A stretch of DNA of 64,000 nucleotides from a virus, in the IMG/VR virus record IMGVR_UViG_3300005613_000018, positions 1 to 64,000 of that record; one strand, given 5' to 3'. A program made the position numbers and the translations under genes. Every line of letters begins with the position of its first letter. Position 1 is the stretch's first letter. The notes beneath the pieces were generated by a model. That model was given only the letters and a program-made list of their open reading frames with translations, had not been told where the DNA came from and did no database searches. Below, one piece after another: positions 42,692 to 53,407 of this stretch.

Positions 42692-42916
42692 ATGAAATCA
42701 TCCGATATAGAGTTGTCAACAACATATAGACAATTTGCTTTTGAGAGAATTTCAAGAGAGATTGAAAGTTGTAATGATATTGTAATTCTGAAGGAAGCCC
42801 TTCGTTCTTACGTTAAATTGTTTTTCAAACAACAAGAGACAATATCAAACATTGATGATTTTGAAATAAACATCGGTGGTGATATTCCTCCAGAATTTGA
42901 TGACCCTTTAATGTGA
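42692..42916 (+). CDS. Possible NblA-like phycobilisome degradation adaptor
   Basis: LST..RQFAFERISREIESC..LKEALRSYVKLFFKQQ helix-loop-helix pattern. Confidence 0.4.
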   Translation: MKSSDIELSTTYRQFAFERISREIESCNDIVILKEALRSYVKLFFKQQETISNIDDFEINIGGDIPPEFDDPLM

Positions 42917-43620
42917 GAGAAATGAAAAAAACTTTATTTGGAATTGGTATTTTATTGGCATCTTTATCGATGCCAACAATTAGTAGTGCAAATAATCAAA
43001 ATGATTTTCAACAGAACCCACTTGAATATCCTAATGATTACTATTCTATGCATTCGTTGGGTTGTTTACTTCTCCAAGAATGTAAAGGTGGTATTACAAA
43101 AGTTACCTCACAGTCGGATCTGGAAAACTATTATGATTATACCATTAATGTTGGGGAAGAACTTAATCAGATGTTTAAGTCTTTCGACAAGTTAGGAATC
43201 GAAGTTTATATTGCACCTGAGGAATATTTCCCTGTTGGGCATCGTGGTGTTTACCATACGGTTTCAAATAATTTTTATTTGAATGAAAGATATATGTCTA
43301 AACCTCATGTTTTGATGTCTGTAATTAGACATGAAGGTTGGCATGCTGCTCAAGATTGTATGGCTGGAAGTTTAGACAATACTTTTATTGCAGTCATTAA
43401 AAATGACAATGAAATTCCTCAGTTATGGAAAGACATTGCAAAAGATACTTATCCTTTAAATGCACTTCCTTGGGAACAAGAAGCGATGTGGGCAGGTAAA
43501 GTGGAAAATATGACTGCAAATGCCCTGAAAGCATGTGAAACTGGTGCTATGTGGACGATTTATCCTCCCACACCATTAACTAAAAAGTTTTTAATCGACA
43601 AGGGTTATATTCAGGAGTAA
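42913..43620 (+). CDS. Signal-peptide-bearing HExxH zinc metallopeptidase-like protein
   Basis: MKKTLFGIGILLAS signal; RHEGWHAAQ; WEQEA. Confidence 0.7.
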   Translation: MREMKKTLFGIGILLASLSMPTISSANNQNDFQQNPLEYPNDYYSMHSLGCLLLQECKGGITKVTSQSDLENYYDYTINVGEELNQMFKSFDKLGIEVYIAPEEYFPVGHRGVYHTVSNNFYLNERYMSKPHVLMSVIRHEGWHAAQDCMAGSLDNTFIAVIKNDNEIPQLWKDIAKDTYPLNALPWEQEAMWAGKVENMTANALKACETGAMWTIYPPTPLTKKFLIDKGYIQE

Positions 43621-44276
43621 TGTGGAGAATTTGGTGTTACGCCTTAGGTAAGAAAGAGGGTAGAGATGATAAAGATGCAGATAAGATTGCATTTGTCAGA
43701 ACCATAATTATGGTTCAGTTAGTAATCACTAACATGTTCATCATTTCTGGTAACATAAAGAACTTATGGTTTGATAATTCACCTAGATGTATTATACATA
43801 GTCGAAATGTGACACTTTCTGAAGTGTCCACGACCCCTTGACTTCTAGGTCATTATCAAATATATTATCAAAGTAGTCACCAGGAGTTCAACAATGTCCT
43901 TCACTTACATTCCACAAAAGTCAAAGTATCGGGTTACTCTTGAAATTGATGCAATGGATGATTTCAACCCTCATCAAATTGATTGGGAAAAAATTCTTGA
44001 CCTTCAAGGTTCTGAAAAAGTTGAATCTTATGTGGAGGATCTGAGCACTCCTGATTTCTGGTAATTTACTATGAACACTGTCACTATTCAAAATCCTATG
44101 TTTGATGAAATTAAGGATCTTCCTGGTGAGATCTTCGACATTGACGAATCTGTTTTTGATGACATTGTAAGTGAAGTCATTACAGATGACTGGTCAAATG
44201 TGATTGAAGTTGATTTCAATCAAGATTGATAAAAACAAGAGGAGAACTAAATAGATCTAGGTTTAGTTCTCCTCCA

Positions 44277-44906
44277 ATGAAAACTTTTTCACAATTTATG
44301 ATCGAAGCAAATTATGATCCCGAAATTCAGGGTCGTAGTCAAATTCGTAAATCTGGAGAAGGTGGAAGATTATATCCATCAAAGAAAAAAACTAAACCCG
44401 AAATCCGCAGAATGAAAGCGGTTGGTGGCGGGAAAATGGAACCGGTAGGATATAAAGATAGAAAAGATATTGGTCAACAAAAACCAAAAAGTCAAACTCA
44501 ACAACAACCTCAACAAGAAAGAGGTAGTAAAGAAGTCAAACAAACATACGCAGATAAAATAAAAGCTGAAAGAAGAGCTGCAGCAAAAGCAAGAGCAGCA
44601 GCTAAGAAATCTGGTGGTGAAGTTCAGAAATCTACAACATCTTCAAGGGGAACTGAAAAACAAGCTACAAAACTCCTGAGTACAAAGAAACCTGAGAAGA
44701 AAGTATCACCTAACTATAAACCCCAAAAAGCGTCAGGATATACACGTCAGGAACGCATGAAGATTACTCGTGCTGGTGAAAGAGAACTCTCCAAAGAGTT
44801 CAAGAGACAAGAGTTAGGTAAAGTTGAGAAAGAAACTGGTAAAAAAGCAACTGGTAAGTTGAAGACTATTGCTCTCGCTCGTGCACATCAAAGAATGAGT
44901 ACATGA
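44277..44906 (+). CDS. Highly basic late protein with capsid-targeting-like N-terminus
   Basis: MKTFSQFMIEA resembles T4 internal-protein CTS; late promoter CTAAATA upstream. Confidence 0.65.
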   Translation: MKTFSQFMIEANYDPEIQGRSQIRKSGEGGRLYPSKKKTKPEIRRMKAVGGGKMEPVGYKDRKDIGQQKPKSQTQQQPQQERGSKEVKQTYADKIKAERRAAAKARAAAKKSGGEVQKSTTSSRGTEKQATKLLSTKKPEKKVSPNYKPQKASGYTRQERMKITRAGERELSKEFKRQELGKVEKETGKKATGKLKTIALARAHQRMST

Positions 44907-45643
44907 TTTTTAATGTTAAAGGTAGATGGACTGACTTTCGTGGAAGAAGTCATAATTTTACTATGCAATCGGATAGTGCAGATAGAGATTTGATTCGACA
45001 ATTAGTTGAATCAAGATACCCTGCAGAAAAAGTTTATATCAATAACGTAAGTCAGAATTAAAGTTAGTAACCTCCAAAGTTCTACTGTATTGTAACCACC
45101 ACTAAATCATGAACAATTCTTCTCAAATCCTTCGTGAACTTCAAGATCTCAAGAAAACTCACAAAGTTCAGGGATTTCGTTACACGAATGAACAACAGGA
45201 ACGTTATGATGAACTGATGGGTCTTCGTCGGGCTTTCATTCAATACTGGAATGAAAATGGTATGGTCTGGGTTGGTCCTTCTAACGCTGGGAGTAATTTT
45301 GAAGAGTGATTGAAAACCTTATCTGAATAAAATTATGAAATTTAACACTAAAAAGTGTGACGTTTTCCAAGACGGAGAACATCTGTTTGAATTCAATCAT
45401 CAAAGAATTAAATATCTTTCGAAAGATATTTTGAAAAGTTATCAAAAACAACTTGATAAACTTGCAAAAAGATACAAAAAATGTAACAGTAGTTCAAAAT
45501 TTGAAAGAGCTGAAGACATGGCATCATTGTATTATGAATGGAACGCAACCACTGATGGAAGTACCATTTACATCGTACAATCAAAAGATGATCCAAATAC
45601 TTTCACCTATGTTGAAACTGGAGATGAACTTTACGTCTGACAC

Positions 45644-45671
45644 TTGACACCTCTAGATGAGGTGTTATAAT
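45644..45671 (+). promoter_or_regulatory. sigma70 promoter with overlapping palindrome
   Basis: TTGACA-N16-TATAAT; ACACCTC-N5-GAGGTGT. Confidence 0.65.
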
Positions 45672-45767
45672 AACAATGTCGAAATAACATTACTTTTTCG
45701 ATCCGTCTCTGATCTAACATTACCTGATCAAAAGAGATAAAAACACACATTATTTTGAGGTATCCTC

Positions 45768-46973
45768 ATGTCTAACAAAAAGAATTTTCTGAAGGTTTTC
45801 CCTGTCAAGAAGTCACCAAAGGTGAAAACTATTCGTAACGTAATCTCCGATTATTGTGGAGTGATTGAAGAATCTGAAGGATTTGGATTGGTTGATCCTG
45901 CTGGAAGACCGAAGTATATTGCTCCAGAAAACTGTCAGCGCCCTGAATCCTGGAATGATGAAGATCGTAAGTATTGCTTTGAGTCTATCCTGATGGACCA
46001 ACTAGAAGGTAATCTTATCTTTATCAATTTGAAGGTTGCTATCTCTAAACTAAAAGATCTTGCTCCTGAAGATCCTGCCCTTGAAGAACTTGAAAAATAT
46101 GTACGTCAAAAATATGGATATATTGTCCTGGATGGAAATAATCGAATCTCTTTCCTGACTAATCTTATCACGAACCAGTATAAACTCCCTCGTGGATCTT
46201 TTCCCTATGTTTGTGATGGCAAAGTAAAAACTCTTACCATTGCAAGTAATACATACTTCTCTAACTTGAAAGAAGATGTTCAAGAACTGATCCTTGAACG
46301 TGAATTAGTTATCAGTGAATATACTCAGATCAATGGTCAGAGTATGAGTAATGTTTTCCTTGCTGCTAATGCAGGTTGTCCTCTTAATCATCAAGAACGT
46401 CGCAATGCTCGGTATAATTCTTGGGCATCATGGATTCGCAGTATTCGTCACAACAACAACGATCTGTGTATCAAAGCAGAAGGAATTAACCACAATAAGC
46501 GTCTGAAGGGTGATGAGTTTCTAACTCGAACAATTAATCTTGCTCTTCGTCTCAAATTTATCGAAGAGAGTGAAAATGTTCCTACCGTGACACAACACAC
46601 CATGAACCAAATGTATAGGGGAGACTTCGTAACTGATGAACAAAAAGAATCCTTTGAGGCTAACTTCAACCTCTTGGATAATTGGATGGATCGTCTCAGT
46701 AAACAAGAAAGAATCACTGATAAGATGCTTACAGCATCCACGATGCAAAATCTTTATTGGATGATGACAAATGGATTGACTGAGTATGAAGATGTTGTTA
46801 ATGTTGTTCAAATGCTCCATAAAGCAAAAACCATGTCCAAATATGTTAATGAAGATGGTAACAACTTTGCATGGGCATGTGGAGGCACCGGTTCTAAACA
46901 CAATCAGATGCGACTGAAAGTTTTCTCCGATATTTTTGATAAACTAGGGTCAAAATCAAAGATTTCCTCCTAA
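45768..46973 (+). CDS. DUF262/ParB-Srx-like protein
   Basis: QRPESW, IVLDGNNR, F...N.G.PLN motifs. Confidence 0.65.
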   Translation: MSNKKNFLKVFPVKKSPKVKTIRNVISDYCGVIEESEGFGLVDPAGRPKYIAPENCQRPESWNDEDRKYCFESILMDQLEGNLIFINLKVAISKLKDLAPEDPALEELEKYVRQKYGYIVLDGNNRISFLTNLITNQYKLPRGSFPYVCDGKVKTLTIASNTYFSNLKEDVQELILERELVISEYTQINGQSMSNVFLAANAGCPLNHQERRNARYNSWASWIRSIRHNNNDLCIKAEGINHNKRLKGDEFLTRTINLALRLKFIEESENVPTVTQHTMNQMYRGDFVTDEQKESFEANFNLLDNWMDRLSKQERITDKMLTASTMQNLYWMMTNGLTEYEDVVNVVQMLHKAKTMSKYVNEDGNNFAWACGGTGSKHNQMRLKVFSDIFDKLGSKSKISS

Positions 46974-47049
46974 TAGACACTTTCTAAACTGTCCACCACT
47001 CCTTGACGGGGGTGGTTTTTTCATGTATATTGATTTTATTGATTGATTT

Positions 47050-48234
47050 TTGATGACTGTTTCTCTTCGTCCTCACCAAAAAGAAGCTCTTGAAGCCTTG
47101 ATGAGTAATGATAAAGGACAGTGTATCTTTCCAACTGGTGGCGGTAAGACACTGGTCGGAATTATGGATGCAAAGAAACGATTTGAGTCTGATACTCCTC
47201 GGACTATTGTTGTTGTTGCTCCTCGTATTCTGTTGGCAGAACAATTGTCTTCAGAGTATCTGGAACATATTACTAATGCAAATGTTCTTCACGTTCACAG
47301 TGGAGAGACTAAACATTTCAAGACAACAAAGTCTGACCGTATCAAATTGTTTGTTGATATGTGTCACTCTGTGAGTGAACATGTGATTATCTTCACCACT
47401 TACAATTCCCTCCATCGTGTTCAGGAGTCTGGAATTGATGTAGATACGATTTACTTTGACGAGGCACATAACAGTGTCAAACGTAACTTTTTTGGGCCCA
47501 CTGAGTATTTCTCTGGTCATGCAGATCGTTGTTTCTTCTTTACAGCAACTCGTAAGACTTCCGTCACTATCAACAAACCAGGAATGAATGATCGTGATGT
47601 TTATGGTGATGTGATTTCTCGTGTTTCTGCACCTACACTTGTTGAGGGTGGTTACATTCTTCCTCCTAAAGTGAAAGTGATTGACATGGAAAAACATTCC
47701 ACTAAAGCTATCACTCCTGATATTGACAATGATAACATTTTGACCACGATTGATGATATTGGAATCAAAAAGATTCTGGTATGTGTGAAGACCTCTAAAC
47801 AACTCATCAATCTGTTTCAAACTGACTTTGCAGATGAGTTGACTCAACGGGGTTATTCTTACCTTTATATCACATCTAAGACTGGTGCAGTTATTGATGG
47901 TCAGAAAGTCAATCGTGAGGTGTTTTTCAACACTCTGAACACTTGGGGTAAAGATCCCAACAAGAAGTTTGTTGTTCTTCATCGTTCAATTCTGTCCGAA
48001 GGTATCAACGTGTCAGAACTTGAGGCTGTTATCTTCCTTCGTAACATGGATGTAATCGAAATGACCCAAACTATTGGACGTGTTATCAGAAAGGGTACTG
48101 AGTCCAAAACATTTGGATTTTGTATTGTTCCGAGTTACTCTAAAGTCGGAGTTTCCACCGAAAAGTCACTTCAAAGGTGTGTGGACATTGTGTTTGAAAA
48201 AGGTGAAATGTTGGATTCTGTGGTTCGTAAATGA
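47050..48234 (+). CDS. SF2 DEAH-box helicase
   Basis: LRPHQ, PTGGGKT, DEAH, TAT, LSEGINV, QTIGRVIR. Confidence 0.92.
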   Translation: MMTVSLRPHQKEALEALMSNDKGQCIFPTGGGKTLVGIMDAKKRFESDTPRTIVVVAPRILLAEQLSSEYLEHITNANVLHVHSGETKHFKTTKSDRIKLFVDMCHSVSEHVIIFTTYNSLHRVQESGIDVDTIYFDEAHNSVKRNFFGPTEYFSGHADRCFFFTATRKTSVTINKPGMNDRDVYGDVISRVSAPTLVEGGYILPPKVKVIDMEKHSTKAITPDIDNDNILTTIDDIGIKKILVCVKTSKQLINLFQTDFADELTQRGYSYLYITSKTGAVIDGQKVNREVFFNTLNTWGKDPNKKFVVLHRSILSEGINVSELEAVIFLRNMDVIEMTQTIGRVIRKGTESKTFGFCIVPSYSKVGVSTEKSLQRCVDIVFEKGEMLDSVVRK

Positions 48235-48900
48235 CCTTCAATAATTCTCACATTCTTGATCCTAATCCAGGAGTGATTGGGTTTGTTGTTGACAATGGAA
48301 AGTATGCAGCAATTCCTATTGTTGGGAATGACAAAAAACTTATGGTCATTTACAATGACTGTAAAAGTATGAAGGTATGTAGAAACAAACAATCTGCAAT
48401 AAACTTCATCGAGAAGGAGAGAAAACGAAAGAATAAAAGTTAGTAACCTCTAAAGTTCTTCTATAGTGTAACCACTTCTTTTTTATCATGGCTCGTTACA
48501 AAGTAAATGTTGACAACATTCCTGGACATGGTGCAGGTTCTCGGAATGTAATTGTTGAAGCCGATTGTACTCAAGAGGCAAAAAACATCGCAGAAAACAT
48601 CACTGGAGGAACAGCATATAATTGTTTCCTTCAACGTGAATCTGGTCGTGGTCTTTTTGGTCTTCTTTTTGGTTGATTCATGATTCAAAACAAATCACAA
48701 ATTATCAAAGTTGTTCGTGAAGTTTCTAAATCACACAAATTCACAAGAGAAGAAAAGTTCACGATTTTTGTAAATGTCTGTGACAACATGTTAGAATCAG
48801 GTAAGATCACACAAAAACAACATCACTCCTGGACAAATGTGTTCTGATTAAAGTTAGTAACCTCTAAAGTTCCCCTTTACTGTAACCACTGATTTCAAAT

Positions 48901-49785
48901 ATGCCACTCACTCACATCGAACATCCTGAAGATACCATCCTCACGGGTGATATGACCGCCATTAATGTTCTTTATGGTCGTGGAAATGTTTCTGTGAAGG
49001 TTGATGGAGCTCCTGCAATTGTGTGGGGAATTGATCCTAACAATGACAAGTTCTTTGTTGCAACCAAGAGTGCATTTAACAAGAAAAAGATAAAGCGTTG
49101 TTACAGTATTGAAGACATTTACACACTTTATGATGAGAAAACTCATGGTAGTTTGATTAAAGTTCTGGTTGCATGTTACAAACATCTTCCTGTAACAATC
49201 GGTGTCTTTCAGGGTGATTTTATTGGTTTCGGTGGTAGTGATACTTACACTCCAAACACTTTGACATACAATTTCCCTGAAGTTGTGTCTGAGGATATTA
49301 TCATCGCTCCTCACACTTACTATCTTGGTGATGACTTTCCTACAATGGAAGCTTATCCTATAGAGGGTGAACTTATCAGCACTGATTCTTGTAAATTCGT
49401 TCAACCAATTGTTGATAGAGTTTTTGGTAATAGTCGAGCTCCAAAGATTAACACCGACATGATTGACTTCCTAAGTGAGAAGGAATCAAAACAGGCAAAG
49501 ATGTCAATCAACGCCATCATTCGTTCTGGTCAGGAACTTGATGAAGAGACCTTAATTGACATTGTTGGTTCTCCAATGTTGGCAAATCTTTACATGTTTG
49601 TGTTAGAGATGAAGTATGATTTGATGGAAACTTTCATCATTTACGATTCTCCAGATTGTTATCTCAATGGTGAAAAGATTATGGGTGAAGGTTTCGTAAT
49701 GACTTCTGAAGATGGTAACACAATTAAACTTGTTGATCGTCCTCAGTTTGCATACGCTAACATGACTCAAGGTCGTTTCAATTAA
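48901..49785 (+). CDS. Nucleotidyltransferase/RNA-ligase-like protein (DUF6267-like)
   Basis: THIEHPED, KVDG (motif I), QGDF (III), GEGFVM (IV), IKLVDR (V). Confidence 0.6.
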   Translation: MPLTHIEHPEDTILTGDMTAINVLYGRGNVSVKVDGAPAIVWGIDPNNDKFFVATKSAFNKKKIKRCYSIEDIYTLYDEKTHGSLIKVLVACYKHLPVTIGVFQGDFIGFGGSDTYTPNTLTYNFPEVVSEDIIIAPHTYYLGDDFPTMEAYPIEGELISTDSCKFVQPIVDRVFGNSRAPKINTDMIDFLSEKESKQAKMSINAIIRSGQELDEETLIDIVGSPMLANLYMFVLEMKYDLMETFIIYDSPDCYLNGEKIMGEGFVMTSEDGNTIKLVDRPQFAYANMTQGRFN

Positions 49786-49828
49786 AGTTAGTAACCTCCA
49801 AAGTTCCACTGTATTGTAACCACGTTTT

Positions 49829-50272
49829 TTGATTATGAGCACTCGTTCACGAATTGGTATTGAACTTGCTGACAAATCTATTCTCAGCATCTATCAACAT
49901 TGGGATGGTTATCCTGAGTGGACTGGTCGCATTTTGAACACACATTACACCAATAAAGAGAAAGTTTCTGAACTGATTGATGGTGGTGATTGTTCATCTA
50001 TCTGGACAAAAGATCGTTGGACTGGTAAACAACTTGCCCCATATGTGATTGAACAGAAAGAATCAAAGGAATATGGCCCACAACATTACTCTGGACGTGG
50101 TGAGGATTGTCCTCCTCGTCTTGATAATAATGTGAAAGAGTTTCTCTCTGATGGTGAAGAATACTCTTACATTTTCCGTGATGGTGAATGGATCTGTTAC
50201 AACATGCACCAGTTTGATGAGAGAAAATCTCCTGAAGTTGTTGAGATTCCAAATGGGGCACTTGCCTGTTGA
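49829..50272 (+). CDS. Conserved phage hypothetical protein
   Basis: MSTRSRIG, YQHWDGYPEW. Confidence 0.75.
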   Translation: MIMSTRSRIGIELADKSILSIYQHWDGYPEWTGRILNTHYTNKEKVSELIDGGDCSSIWTKDRWTGKQLAPYVIEQKESKEYGPQHYSGRGEDCPPRLDNNVKEFLSDGEEYSYIFRDGEWICYNMHQFDERKSPEVVEIPNGALAC

Positions 50273-50319
50273 TAAAGTTAGTAACCTCCAAAGTTCCACT
50301 GTATTGTAACCATTGAACT

Positions 50320-50658
50320 ATGATGATCACTCAAACCAAACCCGAATTTCTGACTGAAGCACTGATTGAAGTTTTGAACAACGATCAGAAAGTCAACGCT
50401 ATCGAATCTTCACGAAATACTTATACCAACTTTGAGTATGAAGTGGGTCGAAAGTATATCAAAGTTTGGTCTTATTTGATCTCTGATGGTGAACGTCTTC
50501 GTGGCCGTTCTTGTTACATGTTCGTTGATAAGAACACTGGTGAAGTGTTCAAACCAGCGTCATACAAAGCACCAGCTAAAGGTGTGAGGTATCTTATCAC
50601 TCAACTGGCAGATAATCCTCACATTTGTGATCCTTACGGTTCTTTTCTTTATCTCTGA
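50320..50658 (+). CDS. Conserved phage hypothetical protein
   Basis: GRKYIKV, FVDKNTGEVFKPASYKAPAKGVRY. Confidence 0.75.
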   Translation: MMITQTKPEFLTEALIEVLNNDQKVNAIESSRNTYTNFEYEVGRKYIKVWSYLISDGERLRGRSCYMFVDKNTGEVFKPASYKAPAKGVRYLITQLADNPHICDPYGSFLYL

Positions 50659-50789
50659 TGTTTATGTTTCGAGCATTGTATTACTTTTTTCTGGGAACAT
50701 TCTTTATGATTATCATTCGAGTTTTCTCGAATTAAAGTTAGTTACCTCGAAAGTTCCCTTATAGTGTAGGAACCACACTCTTAAAAACA

Positions 50790-51056
50790 ATGTCTGATTA
50801 CATGGTCAAGATGGGTTCGAAACCTGAAACTTACGAAGATCATTGTCATGATACAATGAGTAAAATGTTGTCGGTAATTCGTTACCTTATGAAGGGTGAG
50901 AATGATCGTGCAAAGTATTGGTTTGAAGAGTTTGTTCTTCCTGGACTTGAAGAAGTGTATAAAGGTCAAGATCCTAAGTATGGTGTAAGTTCCTTCTCTA
51001 TGTTATATCGTGAAGGTAACTTTGACTGGGATCTAATCTGTTCCTCTCCTCTCTGA
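50790..51056 (+). CDS. Hypothetical cassette protein
   Basis: Fills interval between repeat copies 7 and 8. Confidence 0.65.
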   Translation: MSDYMVKMGSKPETYEDHCHDTMSKMLSVIRYLMKGENDRAKYWFEEFVLPGLEEVYKGQDPKYGVSSFSMLYREGNFDWDLICSSPL

Positions 51057-51091
51057 ATTAAAGTTAGTAACCTCTAAAGTTCCCCTATAGT

Positions 51092-51253
51092 ATGAACAAC
51101 AACTATCTCACTGATTACATCGAATCCAAAGGTTACACTGTAAGAGAGTGTTACCGTCCAGCTAAAAAGGAAGTTCCTGACAACATGAAAGATCGTTATT
51201 CTTCCTATGAAGAGTATCAAGAAGCACTGTACGATTTCCTCAACGGTCAATGA
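51092..51253 (+). CDS. Hypothetical cassette protein starting directly after the motif
   Basis: TATAGT-ATG AAC AAC; MNNNYLTDYIESKGYTV...DFLNGQ*. Confidence 0.55.
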   Translation: MNNNYLTDYIESKGYTVRECYRPAKKEVPDNMKDRYSSYEEYQEALYDFLNGQ

Positions 51254-51904
51254 AAACAACAACAGCAACTTATCAGATTGAAGTGACAACTGATGAAGGA
51301 TATTTGGCATTCATCAAAGTCATGCCCACACGTCCAAAAACACATAAGGGCATTCAATCACAGAACAATAAGTTATCAAAATGGGTAGAAAAAAAATATC
51401 CTAACTTTACTTCTTACGACATTTCTCTTCTCGAATTATGAATTCAATCTCAGAAAAGTTTATCGAAGATCGTCTTGTTTATCTGATTGAAAGACTGAAT
51501 AGTGCAGTGAAAGTTTGTCATGAAGCAGTCGAGATTGAAGATCAAGGTTATCCTTACGCAACAGGATATAGTCGGTCAGCAATGCAATCAGTATCAGAAG
51601 AACTTCAAAACATTGTGAAGGAGATTCAACAGAATTAAAGTTAGTAACCTCCAAAGTTCTCCTATAGTGTAACCACTACGTGACCCACTGATTCCCATGA
51701 CTGAAATGACCTACTATGTGATGTTTCAATCTGAAGAACTGGAAATTCCTGAATACATTGGGCCTTTCTATTCTGAAGAGGACGCATCAGATTACGCTGA
51801 TTACAACAATCAAGGATTAGCTAACAATGGTGTTCCTGGATGGAAATCATCTTATGGAGTTGTCTAGGAATTAAAGTTAGTTACCTCGAAAGTTCCCCTA
51901 TAGT

Positions 51905-52147
51905 ATGAACAACACTCAAATGACTCTCACAGAACGAAACGAAAGGCTTTACGAACTTCGTCAGAAACTTAACAAGGCTCGTGCAGAAGTTGCATGGATT
52001 GAACAAGAAATTTGGTTGGTAAAAGATCAATACGATCGTCAAGGTCGTGACATTTATCAAGAAATGTTTGGTGAAAAGAACACTTTATGGGATCATCTTG
52101 ATCGTATGAGTGACACTCCCATGGCTGAAGCAATTTACGGAGGTTGA
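51905..52147 (+). CDS. Hypothetical cassette protein
   Basis: Begins directly after repeat copy 10. Confidence 0.65.
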   Translation: MNNTQMTLTERNERLYELRQKLNKARAEVAWIEQEIWLVKDQYDRQGRDIYQEMFGEKNTLWDHLDRMSDTPMAEAIYGG

Positions 52148-52655
52148 ATCATGACTCTTCACGAACAACAACTCGATCAACTCAAACTCAATTACGCCGA
52201 GATGATTGTTGATGGTATGGATATGAATACTCTCATCACTTTTGCAGTTGAGAGTATTGAACAGAACATGAAAGATTGGGATGAAGAGGATGTTAAGTCT
52301 GAAATCTTAGATCTTTATGGTGAAGAAACATGGGAAAGTCTTCAGGAATAAAGTTAGTTACCTCTAAAGTTCCCTTATAGTATGAACAACATTCAAACGA
52401 CCATGAAGAACACTATCGAACCTAAGTTTCTTATCTACGGTGAATTCATTCGTCCGAATGGTCATCAGAAATATGACATCTTGGGTTACATCGCTTCAAC
52501 AAGAGAGGAGGCAATTCTCAACTGTCGTCGTAACAATCCTCACTTCCACATTATCACTGTACGGGAAGAATCCTGACTATTATTGTTAGTTACCTCGAAA
52601 GTTCTTCTATAGTGTAACCACTACGTGGCACACTACGTGACCCACTAATTTCATC

Positions 52656-53003
52656 ATGAGAAAGATCGAATCTCAAATGTGTCAGGCAATTCAGTCAAGT
52701 CAGAACTGGCAATCAGCTAACACTTGTGTCACATTTGACGAGAAAACTTCCACCTCTTCTGTTTATCTTCATGGTAATCTGATCGCTACTGTGACAGATA
52801 ATGATATGACGATTTATGATGGTGGCTATCAATCAAACACCACAAAATCACGATTAAACGCATTATGTAATGAATTTTGTATTTCTGGTGAAGGAGTTTT
52901 TCAAAAGAATTTCAATTGGTATGTAAGAAAGTTTGTCGGATGTATCAATGGAGAGAATATCTTTCAGACTGAAGAATTCACTGATGGTTACATCTTCACC
53001 TGA
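52656..53003 (+). CDS. Conserved phage hypothetical protein
   Basis: VYLHGNLIA, GGYQSNTTKSRLNAL. Confidence 0.75.
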   Translation: MRKIESQMCQAIQSSQNWQSANTCVTFDEKTSTSSVYLHGNLIATVTDNDMTIYDGGYQSNTTKSRLNALCNEFCISGEGVFQKNFNWYVRKFVGCINGENIFQTEEFTDGYIFT

Positions 53004-53074
53004 CTATTAAAGTTAGTTACCTCCAAACTTCCCCCATTACATAACCACTACGTGACCCACTACGTTCAATCATT

Positions 53075-53407
53075 ATGTTCACAACTGAAATGACCTTTGA
53101 AGTTATGAATCCTGAATTTGCTGGATGTTATCTGGCTGTGTGTGATGGTGATATTTCTACCACTAAGTTCTTTGACACTAAGAATGAAATGTTTGGTTGG
53201 ATTCTTGATATGTTAGAGAATAAAGGTTATGATGAAGTTCAAACTACTGTTATGGGTAAAAATGGTGAAGTAGAAGAAAAACTTCTCTGTAAAAAAGTGA
53301 CCTATCTTCGTGATGAAGATTGTTATAAAGGTGGAAAATATGAACCTGAGATTGGTACTGATATTCGAGCAATTTACCATTATGAAGATAAGTTCTCTTG
53401 GGTCTGA
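53075..53407 (+). CDS. Hypothetical cassette protein
   Basis: Follows repeat copy 13. Confidence 0.6.
   Translation: MFTTEMTFEVMNPEFAGCYLAVCDGDISTTKFFDTKNEMFGWILDMLENKGYDEVQTTVMGKNGEVEEKLLCKKVTYLRDEDCYKGGKYEPEIGTDIRAIYHYEDKFSWV

Noticed and set aside
45060-45095. Repeat as a host LexA, NtcA or RpaB box
   Set aside because: Half-site sequence and spacing do not match RGTAC-N3-DGTWC, GTA-N8-TAC or the HLR1 direct repeat
47251-47982. 243-aa minus-strand ORF and similar antisense ORFs over psbA, rimK and structural genes
   Set aside because: Antisense shadows of well-supported genes with no motifs or expression signals
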